Positions 10,384-20,360 of a stretch of 64,000 nt of DNA are shown here, one piece after another. Source of the DNA: Acidobacteriota bacterium (lineage in GTDB: Bacteria > Acidobacteriota > UBA890 > WLXD01); contig CAXWPH010000007.1 of NCBI GenBank assembly GCA_963666055.2, positions 96,001-160,000 on the forward strand, in the 5' to 3' direction. The notes below the pieces were generated by a model. It saw only the letters and a program-made list of their open reading frames with translations, searched no databases and was not told where the DNA came from. Both the position numbers and the translations under genes were made by a program. Within the stretch, counting starts at the first letter, position 1. The number at the start of each line of letters is the position of its first letter.

Positions 10384-11057
10384 GCGCCGCGCGCCACATC
10401 GCACTGATCGTCGCCAAGGACCTGCGCGGCGAACTGCGCACCAAGGAGGCCTTGACGTCGACTGTCTTCTTCTCTCTGCTCGTGCTGCTGGTCTTCAACT
10501 TCGCGTTCGATCCCGGTACCCGAGACCTCAGCGTCGTCGGCGCCGGAATTCTCTGGATAGCGTTCCTGTTCGGTTCCATTCTGGCGATGAACCGCTTGAT
10601 GCTCGACGAGAGGGAGGACGCCAGGCTCGAGGGGTTGATGCTCTGCCCTATGGAGCGCACCAGCCTGTATATCGCCAAGTGCTTGAGCATGTTCTTGCTG
10701 CTCTCGGCCACCGAGATCGTGACCCTGGTGCTGTTCGTAGTCTTCTTCAACGTGCCCCTCGACGGCCAATTCGGGGCACTCGCGCTTGTCGTGGTACTCG
10801 GCACGATAGGTCTGGTGGCGTTGGGGACAACGCTCGCCACCATGTCGGTTCGGACACGAACGCGCGAGGTGATGCTGCCTCTGTTGTTGATACCCTTCGC
10901 CGTCCCTCTGCTGATCGCCTGCGTCGAGACAACCGGTTCCATCCTGGCCGGCCGCGGTCTCGCTGAGGAGCTACACTGGCTGAGATTGCTGATTGCCTTC
11001 GACGCTCTGTTCCTAGCACTCGGATACCTGACGTTCCCTGCCCTACTCGAGGAGTGA
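10380..11057 (+). CDS. ccmB: Heme exporter protein CcmB
   Basis: KDLRGELR, GILWIA and LPLLLIP motifs; six TM segments. Confidence 0.93.
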   Translation: MSAARHIALIVAKDLRGELRTKEALTSTVFFSLLVLLVFNFAFDPGTRDLSVVGAGILWIAFLFGSILAMNRLMLDEREDARLEGLMLCPMERTSLYIAKCLSMFLLLSATEIVTLVLFVVFFNVPLDGQFGALALVVVLGTIGLVALGTTLATMSVRTRTREVMLPLLLIPFAVPLLIACVETTGSILAGRGLAEELHWLRLLIAFDALFLALGYLTFPALLEE

Positions 11058-11061
11058 GCAC

Positions 11062-11787
11062 GTGAGTGCCGACCAAGCCGACACCCGCTCGAGCGGTGGC
11101 ATCGACTCCCTTGGCACGCTCGTACCGATCGGTTTTCTTGCCGCGCTCATAGCGCTCTGGGCCGCTTTCCTGTATGCGCCGACCGAGCGGATCGAGGGCA
11201 ATGTGCAGCGCATCCTGTACATGCACGTGCCCGCGGCCATGACGATGTACGTCGCCTACAGCCTCGTGTTCCTGGCCAGTGTGATGTACCTGACGCGACG
11301 TGATAGCCGCTGGGACGAGCTGGCGGCGGCGTCAGCCGAGGTCGGTACCGTGTTCGCCACCACCGTGCTGATAACCGGTCCCATCTGGGCCAAGAAGGCG
11401 TGGGGAACGTACTGGGTCTGGGACGCGCGCCTTACCACGACGCTGCTATTGTGGCTGATCTTCTGCGCCTACCTGATGTTGCGCACCTACGGAGGCGCCG
11501 GCGAACATGTAGCCCGCTACTGTGCCGTGGTCGGCATCATCGGCTTCGCCGACCTCCCCATCATCCACTATTCGGTGCAGTGGTGGCGCACACTCCACCC
11601 GGAGCCCAAGGTCATGACACAGGGCTCTATGGGCGGGGGAATGGAAACGTCCATGTTCCTCGCCTTGGCGCTCGGTACCGTGGCAGCGCTCATGCTGTTT
11701 GCCGTCTTGCTGCGGCTGCGCCTGCGTTTGGAACGTATGGAGCGGCGTCTCGAGGTGGCCGGGCAGCTTCTTCGTTCCGAGGGTTAG
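11062..11787 (+). CDS. ccmC: Heme exporter protein CcmC
   Basis: YMHVP, WGTYWVWDARLT and WWRTLHP motifs. Confidence 0.96.
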   Translation: MSADQADTRSSGGIDSLGTLVPIGFLAALIALWAAFLYAPTERIEGNVQRILYMHVPAAMTMYVAYSLVFLASVMYLTRRDSRWDELAAASAEVGTVFATTVLITGPIWAKKAWGTYWVWDARLTTTLLLWLIFCAYLMLRTYGGAGEHVARYCAVVGIIGFADLPIIHYSVQWWRTLHPEPKVMTQGSMGGGMETSMFLALALGTVAALMLFAVLLRLRLRLERMERRLEVAGQLLRSEG

Positions 11788-11826
11788 GCACGTCGGGCGG
11801 TATGCAATACAGAAAGGACGACAGCG

Positions 11827-11970
11827 ATGAGTAACCTGGGGTTCTTGTTTGCGGGATTCGCCGCCGCATGGGCGATCACCTTCGGGTATCTCTGGTACCT
11901 GGCACGGCGCACCAAAGACCTGCAGCGCCGGCTGGATAATATCGAGGACCACATCGAGCCGGACGCCTAG
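11827..11970 (+). CDS. ccmD: CcmD family protein (47 aa; absent from the ORF track)
   Basis: MSNLGFLFAGFAAAWAITFGYLWYLARRTKDLQRRL...: single TM plus basic coiled tail directly after ccmC; AAGGA upstream. Confidence 0.85.
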   Translation: MSNLGFLFAGFAAAWAITFGYLWYLARRTKDLQRRLDNIEDHIEPDA

Positions 11971-11999
11971 CCGGGCGCGCTTGATCAGCGGCCCCCCGA

Positions 12000-13187
12000 T
12001 CAATTCAGCGCGTCGAGAAACGATTCGCCGTCGCTAGGCGCATCGACTCCGAAGTTGGCAAGAATCGTCGCCCCGAGATCGGCGAAGGCGCGCGCCCCGA
12101 GTGATACGGGCGGAACGCGATGCCCGACGGCCAGCAGTGGCACGCACTCTCGGGTGTGGTCGGTGCCCGGCCAGGTCGGGTCGTTACCGTGGTCGGCGGT
12201 CAACACGAGCACGCCCTCATCGGGCAGCGCTTGCAGCCAAATCGGAACGGCCTGATCCAACTCCTCCAACGCAGCTGCGTATCCGACGGCGTCGTTGCGA
12301 TGGCCGTACAGGGAGTCGAAGTCGACGAGGTTGGCTATCACGAACGGCTCGGTCTGGTCGATCAGAGAACGTCGGATCGCCTCGATCCCGTGGGCGTTGT
12401 CCGCGATCTTCTCGTAGGCGCTGATACCGCGGCCCCCGAAGATGTCGTTGATCTTGCCGATGCCGCGGGTGCGCACACCAGCCACAAGGAGATGCTCCAA
12501 CGCCGTCGGCCGCGGCGGGGGGAGCGGGTAGTCCTTGCGTTGCGACGACAGGCGGACGAAGCGGCCGGGGCCGGACCCGGTGAACGGACGGGCAATTACC
12601 CGACCCACCGCGTGCTCGCCGCTCAGCAACCGGCGAGCCTTGGCGCAGAGTTCGTAGAGGTCGTTGACGGCAAGCACACCCTCATGGGCGGCGAGCTGAA
12701 ACACGCTGTCGCCCGAGGTATAGAGAATCGGCTGGCCGGAGCGCATGTGCTCGACTCCGAGCTCGTCGAGCACGGCCGTGCCCGAGGCCGCGTAGTTGCC
12801 CAACACCTCGTAGCCGGTAGCGGTACGGAAGGCCCGGACGATCTCCTCCGGGAAGCCCTCGGGATAGATCGGACCTTCCTGCTCTGCCACCACCCCCATG
12901 AGCTCCCAGTGCCCCAGCATGGTGTCCTTGGCGGGGCCATGTTCGATCAACCGACCGTAGGCCGCCTGTGCGGCCCTACTTGGCGCGGTCAACGGTGGGA
13001 CTCCGGGAATCCGATCCAGGCCGAGGGCTGCGAGGTTGGGCAACGACGGCGATGCAGACTCGATGACGTGGGCGAGGGTATTCGCACCCTGGTCACCGAA
13101 GTCGGCAGCATCGGGCGCCAGGCCGCAGCCCACGCTATCGCAGACAACGACTACGAATGGCTCGAAAACTCGCCGGCTAGCGACCAA
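12000..13187 (-). CDS. deoB: Phosphopentomutase
   Basis: DSVGCG, KDT-x2-GHWE, NLVDFDSLYGHRND, TADHGND and HTRE motifs. Confidence 0.96.
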   Translation of the reverse strand: MVASRRVFEPFVVVVCDSVGCGLAPDAADFGDQGANTLAHVIESASPSLPNLAALGLDRIPGVPPLTAPSRAAQAAYGRLIEHGPAKDTMLGHWELMGVVAEQEGPIYPEGFPEEIVRAFRTATGYEVLGNYAASGTAVLDELGVEHMRSGQPILYTSGDSVFQLAAHEGVLAVNDLYELCAKARRLLSGEHAVGRVIARPFTGSGPGRFVRLSSQRKDYPLPPPRPTALEHLLVAGVRTRGIGKINDIFGGRGISAYEKIADNAHGIEAIRRSLIDQTEPFVIANLVDFDSLYGHRNDAVGYAAALEELDQAVPIWLQALPDEGVLVLTADHGNDPTWPGTDHTRECVPLLAVGHRVPPVSLGARAFADLGATILANFGVDAPSDGESFLDALN

Positions 13188-13211
13188 TAAGATACCGCCG
13201 TAGCAGGCCTG

Positions 13212-13976
13212 CTAGGGCTCCGCGTCCGGGTTGAGACCAAGCGTAGCGGCTAGCTCATCGGCACGCGTTTTGGCGAACTGCGCGTATACGGAGCCTGCGT
13301 GACCGTCGACGATCCGCTGATAGGCGAGCATCGCCTCCTGCGTCTGTCCGGCGGCCTCATGTGCGCGCGCCTTGGCAGCGAGCGCTTCCTCGATGGGGAA
13401 CCCTAGCGGCGGATCGCTGATTGTTTGATCGAATATCTCGATAGCATCAGCGTAGCGCTCCTGCTGCGCGAACAGTCCGCCGAGCCGAAGGAGCGACGCT
13501 GCGCGTGGTAGCGGTGCCACCGCCTCAGCGCCGTCCCGCAGACTCGCTTCGGCGGCCTCCAGGCGACCGAGGCGCGCCAGGCTGGTCCCCAGGTAGAACG
13601 ACGCGGCACGACCCGAGGGGTACGTGCCATAGGCATCGATAACCGCCTGCAGAGGCGGGATCGCCGCCTCGAGCTTCGCTTCTTCCGACTCGTACGCTGG
13701 CCCGGCCGGAGAGCTGGCGGGTATGGTGGTCGGGGCACCGGCGATCTGGGCGTTGAACGCCTGCAACGCTACCGCGAGCATTGCGGCAGCGTTCTGCTCC
13801 TGCCGGGTTCGATACGAGCGCACACCAGCCAGGACCGACAGTCCAGCCACGACGACAAGAAGCACCAGTCCGATGCTCTTCCGCCGCTGCATGACCCAAG
13901 AGACCGCGGCCGTGGCTCCACGCTGGAACTCATCGGACTTCTTGAGATCTTTACGGACGACATGATCTGCGGACAT
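13212..13976 (-). CDS. Membrane-anchored tetratricopeptide repeat protein (YfgM-like)
   Basis: RKDLK-x2-DEF N-terminus, one TM and TPR-like helices. Confidence 0.8.
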   Translation of the reverse strand: MSADHVVRKDLKKSDEFQRGATAAVSWVMQRRKSIGLVLLVVVAGLSVLAGVRSYRTRQEQNAAAMLAVALQAFNAQIAGAPTTIPASSPAGPAYESEEAKLEAAIPPLQAVIDAYGTYPSGRAASFYLGTSLARLGRLEAAEASLRDGAEAVAPLPRAASLLRLGGLFAQQERYADAIEIFDQTISDPPLGFPIEEALAAKARAHEAAGQTQEAMLAYQRIVDGHAGSVYAQFAKTRADELAATLGLNPDAEP

Positions 13977-14012
13977 CAGAAAATCTTAGCACGGTGTCCG
14001 GTTTGCACTTGC

Positions 14013-14495
14013 TCAGTCAGAGGCCTCGATGAGATCAGGCCCCTCAACCCAGAACGCCCCGTCGGGACCGGTTTCACGCTTCCAAATCGGCGCCTCTTTC
14101 TTGAGCGTGTCGATAACGTACCGCGATGCCTCGAAGGCCGCTGCGCGGTGCGCTGCCGACACCGCAATCGCTACCGAGACCTCCCCGATCTCCAGCCGTC
14201 CGAGACGATGATGCACCGCCACCGCCTCGATCTCCCAGCGCCTGCAGGCGCGCTCGGCGATACTCAGGAGCACGGCCTCCGACATCGGCACATAGGCCTC
14301 GTACTCGAGGAAACTGACCGCCTTGCCTTCGTGGTGGTCCCGCACCACGCCCTCGAACGTTGCGATGGCTCCAGCGCTGCGCGAGCCCACCTGCTGTGCC
14401 AGGGCCGCTGCCGAGATGGCCTCGGTGCCGACCCGCACGTCGACCACGCCGGTGGCTCTGGTCGCCTGCGGCCCTTCGTCCGCCAATTCCCTCAC
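14013..14495 (-). CDS. moaE: Molybdopterin synthase catalytic subunit
   Basis: GAIATFEGVVRDH, LEYEAY, HRLG and PIWKRE motifs; GTG start overlaps the moaD stop. Confidence 0.95.
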   Translation of the reverse strand: MRELADEGPQATRATGVVDVRVGTEAISAAALAQQVGSRSAGAIATFEGVVRDHHEGKAVSFLEYEAYVPMSEAVLLSIAERACRRWEIEAVAVHHRLGRLEIGEVSVAIAVSAAHRAAAFEASRYVIDTLKKEAPIWKRETGPDGAFWVEGPDLIEASD

Positions 14496-14737
14496 CCGCC
14501 GCTGACCGGCGGGATCATCGCCACCACGTCTCCATCGCTCAATCGCGTATCCCACCCGGCATAGCACTCGTTCACCGCCACCAGTAGGCGCTCGTGCATC
14601 GATTCGAGCGCTGGCGCACCGGCGACCAACTCAGCGAAACAATCGCCTACCGTGGCACCATCAGACAGCTGCAGCTGCACGCAGTCGCCGCCGCAGATCT
14701 CACGTGCGCGAGCAAACAGCAGTACCTCCACCCGCAA
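14492..14737 (-). CDS. moaD: Molybdopterin synthase sulfur carrier subunit
   Basis: C-terminal IPPVSGG. Confidence 0.95.
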   Translation of the reverse strand: MRVEVLLFARAREICGGDCVQLQLSDGATVGDCFAELVAGAPALESMHERLLVAVNECYAGWDTRLSDGDVVAMIPPVSGG

Positions 14738-14749
14738 GATGCTGCTGCC

Positions 14750-15763
14750 TCAGCCGCCGATCGCCGACATCGTCCTGGCCGGCCGCACGAAGTCAGAGCT
14801 GTTGATCAGGTGGCCCTCTTCCTTGCGCTGCCACGCCCCGCTGATGAGCTCGAGTAGCACGTCATCCGGCGCGCCGGCACGCATGGGCTCCTTCAAGTCG
14901 ACCTCGGTGAGCGAGAACAGGCAGGTACGTAACTTCCCGTCGGCCGTCAAACGAGCGCGATTGCAGGCGCCGCAGAACGGCCGCGTGACCGGTGAGATGA
15001 TGCCGATCTCCCCGACGCCGTCAGCGAAACGAAACCGCTCGGCGGTTTCGGAAGGGTGGTTGGGGTCGACGGGCACGAGGCCGCCCCATTCACCCTCGAA
15101 GGCAGCGCGGACCTCTCGACCCGGAACCATCAGCTCCCTACTCCAGACGTCGCCCGCCTCCAGCGGCATGAACTCGATGAAGCGCACGATCACGCCCAGC
15201 TCGCGTGCCAGGGCTCCGAAGGCGACGAACTCATCGTCGTTGAAGCCACGCATCGGTACCACGTTGACCTTGACAGGCCACAACTCCGCCTCGCGGGCAG
15301 CATTGATGGCATCGAGCACTTTCGACAATCCGCCGCGGCGCGTCAGCAGCCGGAAGCGCTCGCGGCGTAGGGTGTCGAGGCTGATGTTCACTCGCTGTAG
15401 GCCGGCAGCAAGCAGGTCGTCGAGTTGCTCTCGCAGGAAGATGCCGTTGGTTGTCATGGCGAGCTCCCGAACCCCATCAAGATCGTCGAGGGCCGCCACG
15501 AGGCGGTACAGCTCGCGGCGCAACAGCGGCTCGCCGCCCGTAAGTCGAACCTTGGCCACGCCTAGCTGACAGAACAGCCGTACCAGCCGCTCCATCTCCT
15601 CGAACGTCAGCAGCTCGTCGCGCGGCTGAAACTGAGGTGCCTCCTCCGGGATGCAATAGGCGCAGCGGAGGTTGCAGCGGTCGGTTACCGACAGGCGCAG
15701 GTCGCCAACCGGGCGTCCGTAGCTATCAGTAACAGGGGCATCAGTGGGAGCACGTTCAAGCAC
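14750..15763 (-). CDS. moaA: GTP 3',8-cyclase
   Basis: CNLRCAYC radical-SAM motif, FCGACNRAR and C-terminal MSAIGG. Confidence 0.97.
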   Translation of the reverse strand: MLERAPTDAPVTDSYGRPVGDLRLSVTDRCNLRCAYCIPEEAPQFQPRDELLTFEEMERLVRLFCQLGVAKVRLTGGEPLLRRELYRLVAALDDLDGVRELAMTTNGIFLREQLDDLLAAGLQRVNISLDTLRRERFRLLTRRGGLSKVLDAINAAREAELWPVKVNVVPMRGFNDDEFVAFGALARELGVIVRFIEFMPLEAGDVWSRELMVPGREVRAAFEGEWGGLVPVDPNHPSETAERFRFADGVGEIGIISPVTRPFCGACNRARLTADGKLRTCLFSLTEVDLKEPMRAGAPDDVLLELISGAWQRKEEGHLINSSDFVRPARTMSAIGG

Positions 15764-15837
15764 CTCTACAGGCTAGCCCGGTGTCACGGCGTCGGTCAAT
15801 CACGTCGTGGTAGCATCCGCCCTCCGGGGCGAAATCA

Positions 15838-16305
15838 ATGAGCAAGTTGCAGGGCTACGGGTGGCTGATAGTGGGGGCCGCGCTTGCCATAGTGGTGCCG
15901 ATCCTGGCAATCGATCAGCTAGTGGTCGAGTTCCTTGAGGGGCTCCTGCCGCTTCCCTGGGCGCGCCTGGGAGTCGGAATGCTGATCTTCTGGACCACCG
16001 CGGTTCTTTATTTCCGTAGCCATTGGTCGGCGACGCTGGGATTGCTGGAAACCCAGCACCGCCAGCTCGGACGGGCGGCGAAACAGCTCAAGAACATCGC
16101 CGCCGATGCCGAGCGATCTGCCTACCTGCTAACCGACAACCTCGAGGAGATTCACCTCGGCGACACCGCCGGCGAAATGCAGGCCCTCTACCTCGACGGG
16201 GCGCGAGCCCACGCGGCCAAGCTCGCTCAGGTCGGACAGCGCTGTCGAGCGGTTAGCAGTGAGCTCACCAACCGCCAGCCTGCGACCATCGGAGATAGCG
16301 AATGA
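15838..16305 (+). CDS. Hypothetical membrane protein
   Basis: Two N-terminal TM helices; ATGA overlap with the downstream NUDIX gene. Confidence 0.65.
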   Translation: MSKLQGYGWLIVGAALAIVVPILAIDQLVVEFLEGLLPLPWARLGVGMLIFWTTAVLYFRSHWSATLGLLETQHRQLGRAAKQLKNIAADAERSAYLLTDNLEEIHLGDTAGEMQALYLDGARAHAAKLAQVGQRCRAVSSELTNRQPATIGDSE

Positions 16306-16727
16306 GCGACGTCATCGAGGTCGTCGCGGCGGTGGTCATGGAAGGGGATCGCGTGCTGCTGTCTCAGCGTCACGACGGCGAACATCTGCCCCTCTTGTGG
16401 GAGTTCCCAGGCGGCAAGATCGAGCCCGGAGAGACGCCGCGGGCGGCACTACTGCGCGAGCTTCAAGAGGAGCTCGGGGTGACATCGCAGATCGGTCGTC
16501 AGCTCGCCGAGGCACGGCACACCTACCCCGAGAAGCGCGTCTGGCTGCGTTTCTTCGACGCCAAGATCGCCGGCATGCCAAAGCGATGCGTACACCGTCA
16601 GCTGCGCTGGATTCCAGTGGGCGAGCTGAGCAACTACGATGTCCCCCCACCAAATGCCGCGCTGGTGACGCTGCTAAGAAGCGGTCACATTGGGCGCGGT
16701 GACGTCGCTCAAATGTCGATCTCGTAG
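16302..16727 (+). CDS. mutT: MutT-like NUDIX (deoxy)nucleoside triphosphate pyrophosphohydrolase
   Basis: WEFPGGKIEPGE...RELQEELG NUDIX box. Confidence 0.85.
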   Translation: MSDVIEVVAAVVMEGDRVLLSQRHDGEHLPLLWEFPGGKIEPGETPRAALLRELQEELGVTSQIGRQLAEARHTYPEKRVWLRFFDAKIAGMPKRCVHRQLRWIPVGELSNYDVPPPNAALVTLLRSGHIGRGDVAQMSIS

Positions 16728-18082
16728 TCGCCGGTGGAGCAGTCGACCGACACCGAGCCGTTGGCGAACTCGCGACTGAAGCTCATTCCGTTTGCCGAGA
16801 CCGTCGGCGGCCCCAACGGCGTCCCGCTAACCAGGTCGTCGTAAATCTCGTAGTACGGCCAGCTTACGTCGAACCAGCCGCCGCCTTCGGAATCCGACTC
16901 CATGTCGGAGAACCCGAAATAGCTCCCCTGCCCCATGGCGACCAGGAACGCAGCGATGCTGAACTCGAGGAATTGCCGCTCGTTGAAGCGACGCTTGCTG
17001 CCGTTGCCCGCGATGCAGCCTTCGAGGCAGCCCTTCCCGGACGGGAAATAGGGCGTGTGCAAGATCATCGGTATCCCGAGCTCGGTCTCGCGGATTCCGT
17101 TACGGATCTGCGCCGAGCAGGTATCGGCCAGATTCCACATCCAGAACTCGTTGTTGCGCGCGAACGGGACCCCGCCCAGCGCCTCCACGAGGTCGTCCTC
17201 CGGCGCCGGACAGGCGTTCTCGAACGGCAACAGGTTGCCGATCCCGGCGAAGCTGTTGGTGGTGGAGATAATGGAGTACTTGCCCGCCTTGTGCAGCCGC
17301 GCGGCTGCATCGGCGTGGACGGCGAGCGTGCCCTTCGCAAAGTCGGCGCGCTCAGCGTCGGTGAGCATGCTCAGGTGTTGCGCCTCGTCGCAACCGACGC
17401 TCTGGGCGTTGTCGAAGAACACTCCGAAGATGGGCTTTTCTTTGGCCGCCTTCCCGACGATGCGCCTACCGTAGAAGCCACGCGTCGATTTCTTGCGGAA
17501 ATCCCAACGACAGAAGTCGTAGCCGATGTCTTCCGGTGGATCCCCTTCGATATCCAATGGGTAATCTGTGAACCCCTGGCAGAGCCTGGCATCACGCAGC
17601 ATGAGCTGCTGCTTCTTCAATGCCTTGAGCTGCTGCTTGTACATCGAGCCTGCCCACATACCGCTGCGATACACCAGGCACGGGGGCGTGTCGCGTGCCG
17701 AGGCCCCAAGCCGTCGACACTGCTCCTCGGAGAAAGCCTCGGCGTTTCCGTTTGCCCAATCGCCGGTCGTCTCCTCGGCGACGAATTGGCCCATCCGGAA
17801 CTCGAGAATCACCAGGGAAAAATTGCGCATCTTGGCGAGCTGCGCAGCGCTGTGATAACCGTCCGCCTCGGCGGCAAAATACAGGGACGGGAACTTCTCC
17901 CAACCGGTCCACGGCCAGGGCTGCTCGGTTGAGGTTTGGTTGTTGCGCAATGCCTGAGGGCTTCCGACCGCGTCGCCCCCGGCGGTGATCGCCCCGACCG
18001 CAATCGCCGACAGTATTGCGACGACGAGGCCGGCGATGGGTCGGCGACTGGTTGCAGTACGGTCGAGCCGCTCGACTGTCAT
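16709..18082 (-). CDS. Exported putative glycoside hydrolase (GHL15/GH168-like)
   Basis: Signal peptide; WDFR, GVFFDN, AAFLVAMG-x2-SYF and G-x-PLGP...REFANGSV motifs recalled from this family. Confidence 0.6.
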   Translation of the reverse strand: MTVERLDRTATSRRPIAGLVVAILSAIAVGAITAGGDAVGSPQALRNNQTSTEQPWPWTGWEKFPSLYFAAEADGYHSAAQLAKMRNFSLVILEFRMGQFVAEETTGDWANGNAEAFSEEQCRRLGASARDTPPCLVYRSGMWAGSMYKQQLKALKKQQLMLRDARLCQGFTDYPLDIEGDPPEDIGYDFCRWDFRKKSTRGFYGRRIVGKAAKEKPIFGVFFDNAQSVGCDEAQHLSMLTDAERADFAKGTLAVHADAAARLHKAGKYSIISTTNSFAGIGNLLPFENACPAPEDDLVEALGGVPFARNNEFWMWNLADTCSAQIRNGIRETELGIPMILHTPYFPSGKGCLEGCIAGNGSKRRFNERQFLEFSIAAFLVAMGQGSYFGFSDMESDSEGGGWFDVSWPYYEIYDDLVSGTPLGPPTVSANGMSFSREFANGSVSVDCSTGDYEIDI

Positions 18083-18253
18083 CGGCTACCTCCGGGTCGT
18101 CTCGCGGAGAAACTGGCAACGGCACCGGGACGCTATCACGTGCTTCGACTCGCGCCCCGGTAGCCAGACGGAGCAGCTCACGACCACTCGCCCGCCGGGT
18201 AGCCCGCCTTGTTCTGTTCGCGGCACGTCGCCTAACACCGAATCAATCGTCCG

Positions 18254-18724
18254 CTATTGAGGGGCTCGCCATAGCAAATTCTCCTCGGCGTCGAAATACC
18301 AGATCCCAGCGGGGCCCATCGCAGTGCGCAACCGCTCGTTCTCATCGAAGGTGGCAATACCGGCAGCACTGATCGTGGCGCGGTTCCTCTCGTCAAGATC
18401 GAAGTAGCCGATTCCCCTCGAGCTAATCGCGACGCGCAACTGTTCGTATTCGTCAAAGTAGGCGATCGCGGTGTCGTTAATTTCGACCCGCTGTTTCGCG
18501 TTCTGATCGAACACGGCAATGCTGGCCGCCTCCAACCTGACGCGCACGTTCCCGTCTTCGCCGATTACGCGAAACGCCCGTGCTTCGATCACGTCGGGAA
18601 TCTCCCGCAGCATGAGCGTAAGGACAAGCGCAACGGCCAGCGACACCGCCACCGCGACACCGCCCGTGATCTTCAACCACCGGTTCTCCCGCTCCAGTCG
18701 CTCGACTCGCCGTTCAAGGTCCAT
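18254..18724 (-). CDS. Hypothetical membrane-anchored protein with ~20-aa beta repeats
   Basis: Coiled coil LERRVERLERENR, a TM, then five I-x-x-F-D-x4-R repeats. Confidence 0.75.
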   Translation of the reverse strand: MDLERRVERLERENRWLKITGGVAVAVSLAVALVLTLMLREIPDVIEARAFRVIGEDGNVRVRLEAASIAVFDQNAKQRVEINDTAIAYFDEYEQLRVAISSRGIGYFDLDERNRATISAAGIATFDENERLRTAMGPAGIWYFDAEENLLWRAPQ

Positions 18725-18875
18725 GCGCCGTACCTCGCGTGTTGTGCTGATCCCGGGCACACTGTGATCCGGGAGCCGCGCCGACCACAAGGGCGGAACC
18801 GTCGAGCACCCGACTTGCTCAAAGTGCGCCGAGCGGGGACGCCTGCGCATCCACGATCGCGGGCACGAGGGTGGC

Positions 18876-20114
18876 TTATGGCTGGATCAGAAACGGGTCC
18901 GATTCGTCCGGACACTCTGATGCCATGACGACGAGCAGCGGCCTGAGGGTGTGGAGCACCTCGATGGTTTCACCCTGCGCAGCGAGAACATCGGGCAGCC
19001 GTCGGTAGGCGAGCGGTGATTCGTCAAGGTCGCCGCCGAAGACGAACACCTCACGAGCCTTGATCCACTCCATGACAGAGTCGTAGTCGACGCGGGGCTC
19101 GCTCTTCTTCTTGCCCCGACGGTTGCGTCCCGTTGCGGCGGTCCTGGACATCACCCTGCCGGCACCGTGGACGGTCGAAAACATCGCCGCCTCCATCTCT
19201 CGATAAACGGAGTCGTCCTCCTGGTCGGCAGCGCTTCCCCCCAGGATCACGGCGTCATCGCCCATGCTGCCACCGACGAACCCGCGCTGGCCTGGGTAAG
19301 CGGGAGTTGCCCCCTTGCGGACCACCACCAACTCACCTTCCTCTTCGATTTGGGTTTCCCGCCACGCAAAGTTGTGGTTGTTGTGGACCACGTCAAGAGT
19401 TCCAGCACCCAGCATCTTCGCCACAGCTCGACAGACCCACTCCCGGCCAGCGTATGCGTACTCGCCCGCGAGTTGCATCAGATCCCAATAGTCCTGGCCC
19501 GCTTGCGTGTCGAGCGAAAGGAGCGCCGTACCCGTCTCGCCTCGCTCGCCCCAGCCTTTGCCGTCAGCGAGCGCCAGCCCCGCAGTGGCGATCTGATAGC
19601 CGAACCCGCGCGAGCCGAAGTGCACCCCGACCCACATGTAGCCGTCCGAGGCGCGGAAAACGTCGACATAATGGTTACCGCTGCCGACAGTTCCGAGCTG
19701 GCGCCGAGCCTTGGACCGGAGACCTTTCCGGGTCCAGGTGCGTTTCTTGGTTCTGACCGTCTCGGGCACGATGTTCCATCGATCGTCATGGAAGATCGGG
19801 TGGGCAACCGGCGCGTCGCGATGGCTGTTCTGGCCACCGACGCCGAAGCAGATCGTGTCGCGGATCTCCTTTCCGAGCTCGTACAGTGACCGGCGGCCGG
19901 GTTCGTTGATGTCGAGCCGCATCGCGCAGTTGCCACACGCGATGTCGTAGCCAACCCCCGCTGGGCTCACCTGATTCCGGAACGCCGCGACCCCTCCCAC
20001 CGGCATGCCATAGCCTAGGTGGCCGTCCGCCATGAGGGCGGTGCGCTCGGCGATCGCATCGAACGTCTCAAGTTGGTCGAGCGTGCCCTTCTCGTGTTCC
20101 CCGAATACCTTCAT
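18876..20114 (-). CDS. rtcB: RtcB family RNA ligase
   Basis: MADGHLG, GYDIACG, GSGNHY, HFGSRG, HNF, GGSMG and HGAGR motifs. Confidence 0.95.
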   Translation of the reverse strand: MKVFGEHEKGTLDQLETFDAIAERTALMADGHLGYGMPVGGVAAFRNQVSPAGVGYDIACGNCAMRLDINEPGRRSLYELGKEIRDTICFGVGGQNSHRDAPVAHPIFHDDRWNIVPETVRTKKRTWTRKGLRSKARRQLGTVGSGNHYVDVFRASDGYMWVGVHFGSRGFGYQIATAGLALADGKGWGERGETGTALLSLDTQAGQDYWDLMQLAGEYAYAGREWVCRAVAKMLGAGTLDVVHNNHNFAWRETQIEEEGELVVVRKGATPAYPGQRGFVGGSMGDDAVILGGSAADQEDDSVYREMEAAMFSTVHGAGRVMSRTAATGRNRRGKKKSEPRVDYDSVMEWIKAREVFVFGGDLDESPLAYRRLPDVLAAQGETIEVLHTLRPLLVVMASECPDESDPFLIQP

Positions 20115-20360
20115 CGCTCCACCCTAACGTCCGTGTCGGGCCATGGCGCGAGTAGTTGTCAAGAGTTGCAGCTAGCGAGCTGCAGCACGTCGAGGGTGTT
20201 CGCCTCGAAGCGCTTCCTACACCGGCGCCAAGAAAAGCGTCCGCGCGATTCTTTCAGGTAATCGATCCCGACACCGGTCGGCCGATAGTCACGTCCCGGT
20301 CGAGGGGCCACGCGGGGGTTCTTGCGCCTGTGCTCCGGCACCGATAGCCTGGCGCGCGGC

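Noticed and set aside
20130-20320. Possible transposase remnant between rtcB and the methyltransferase fragment
   Set aside because: No catalytic motif or inverted repeat could be identified.
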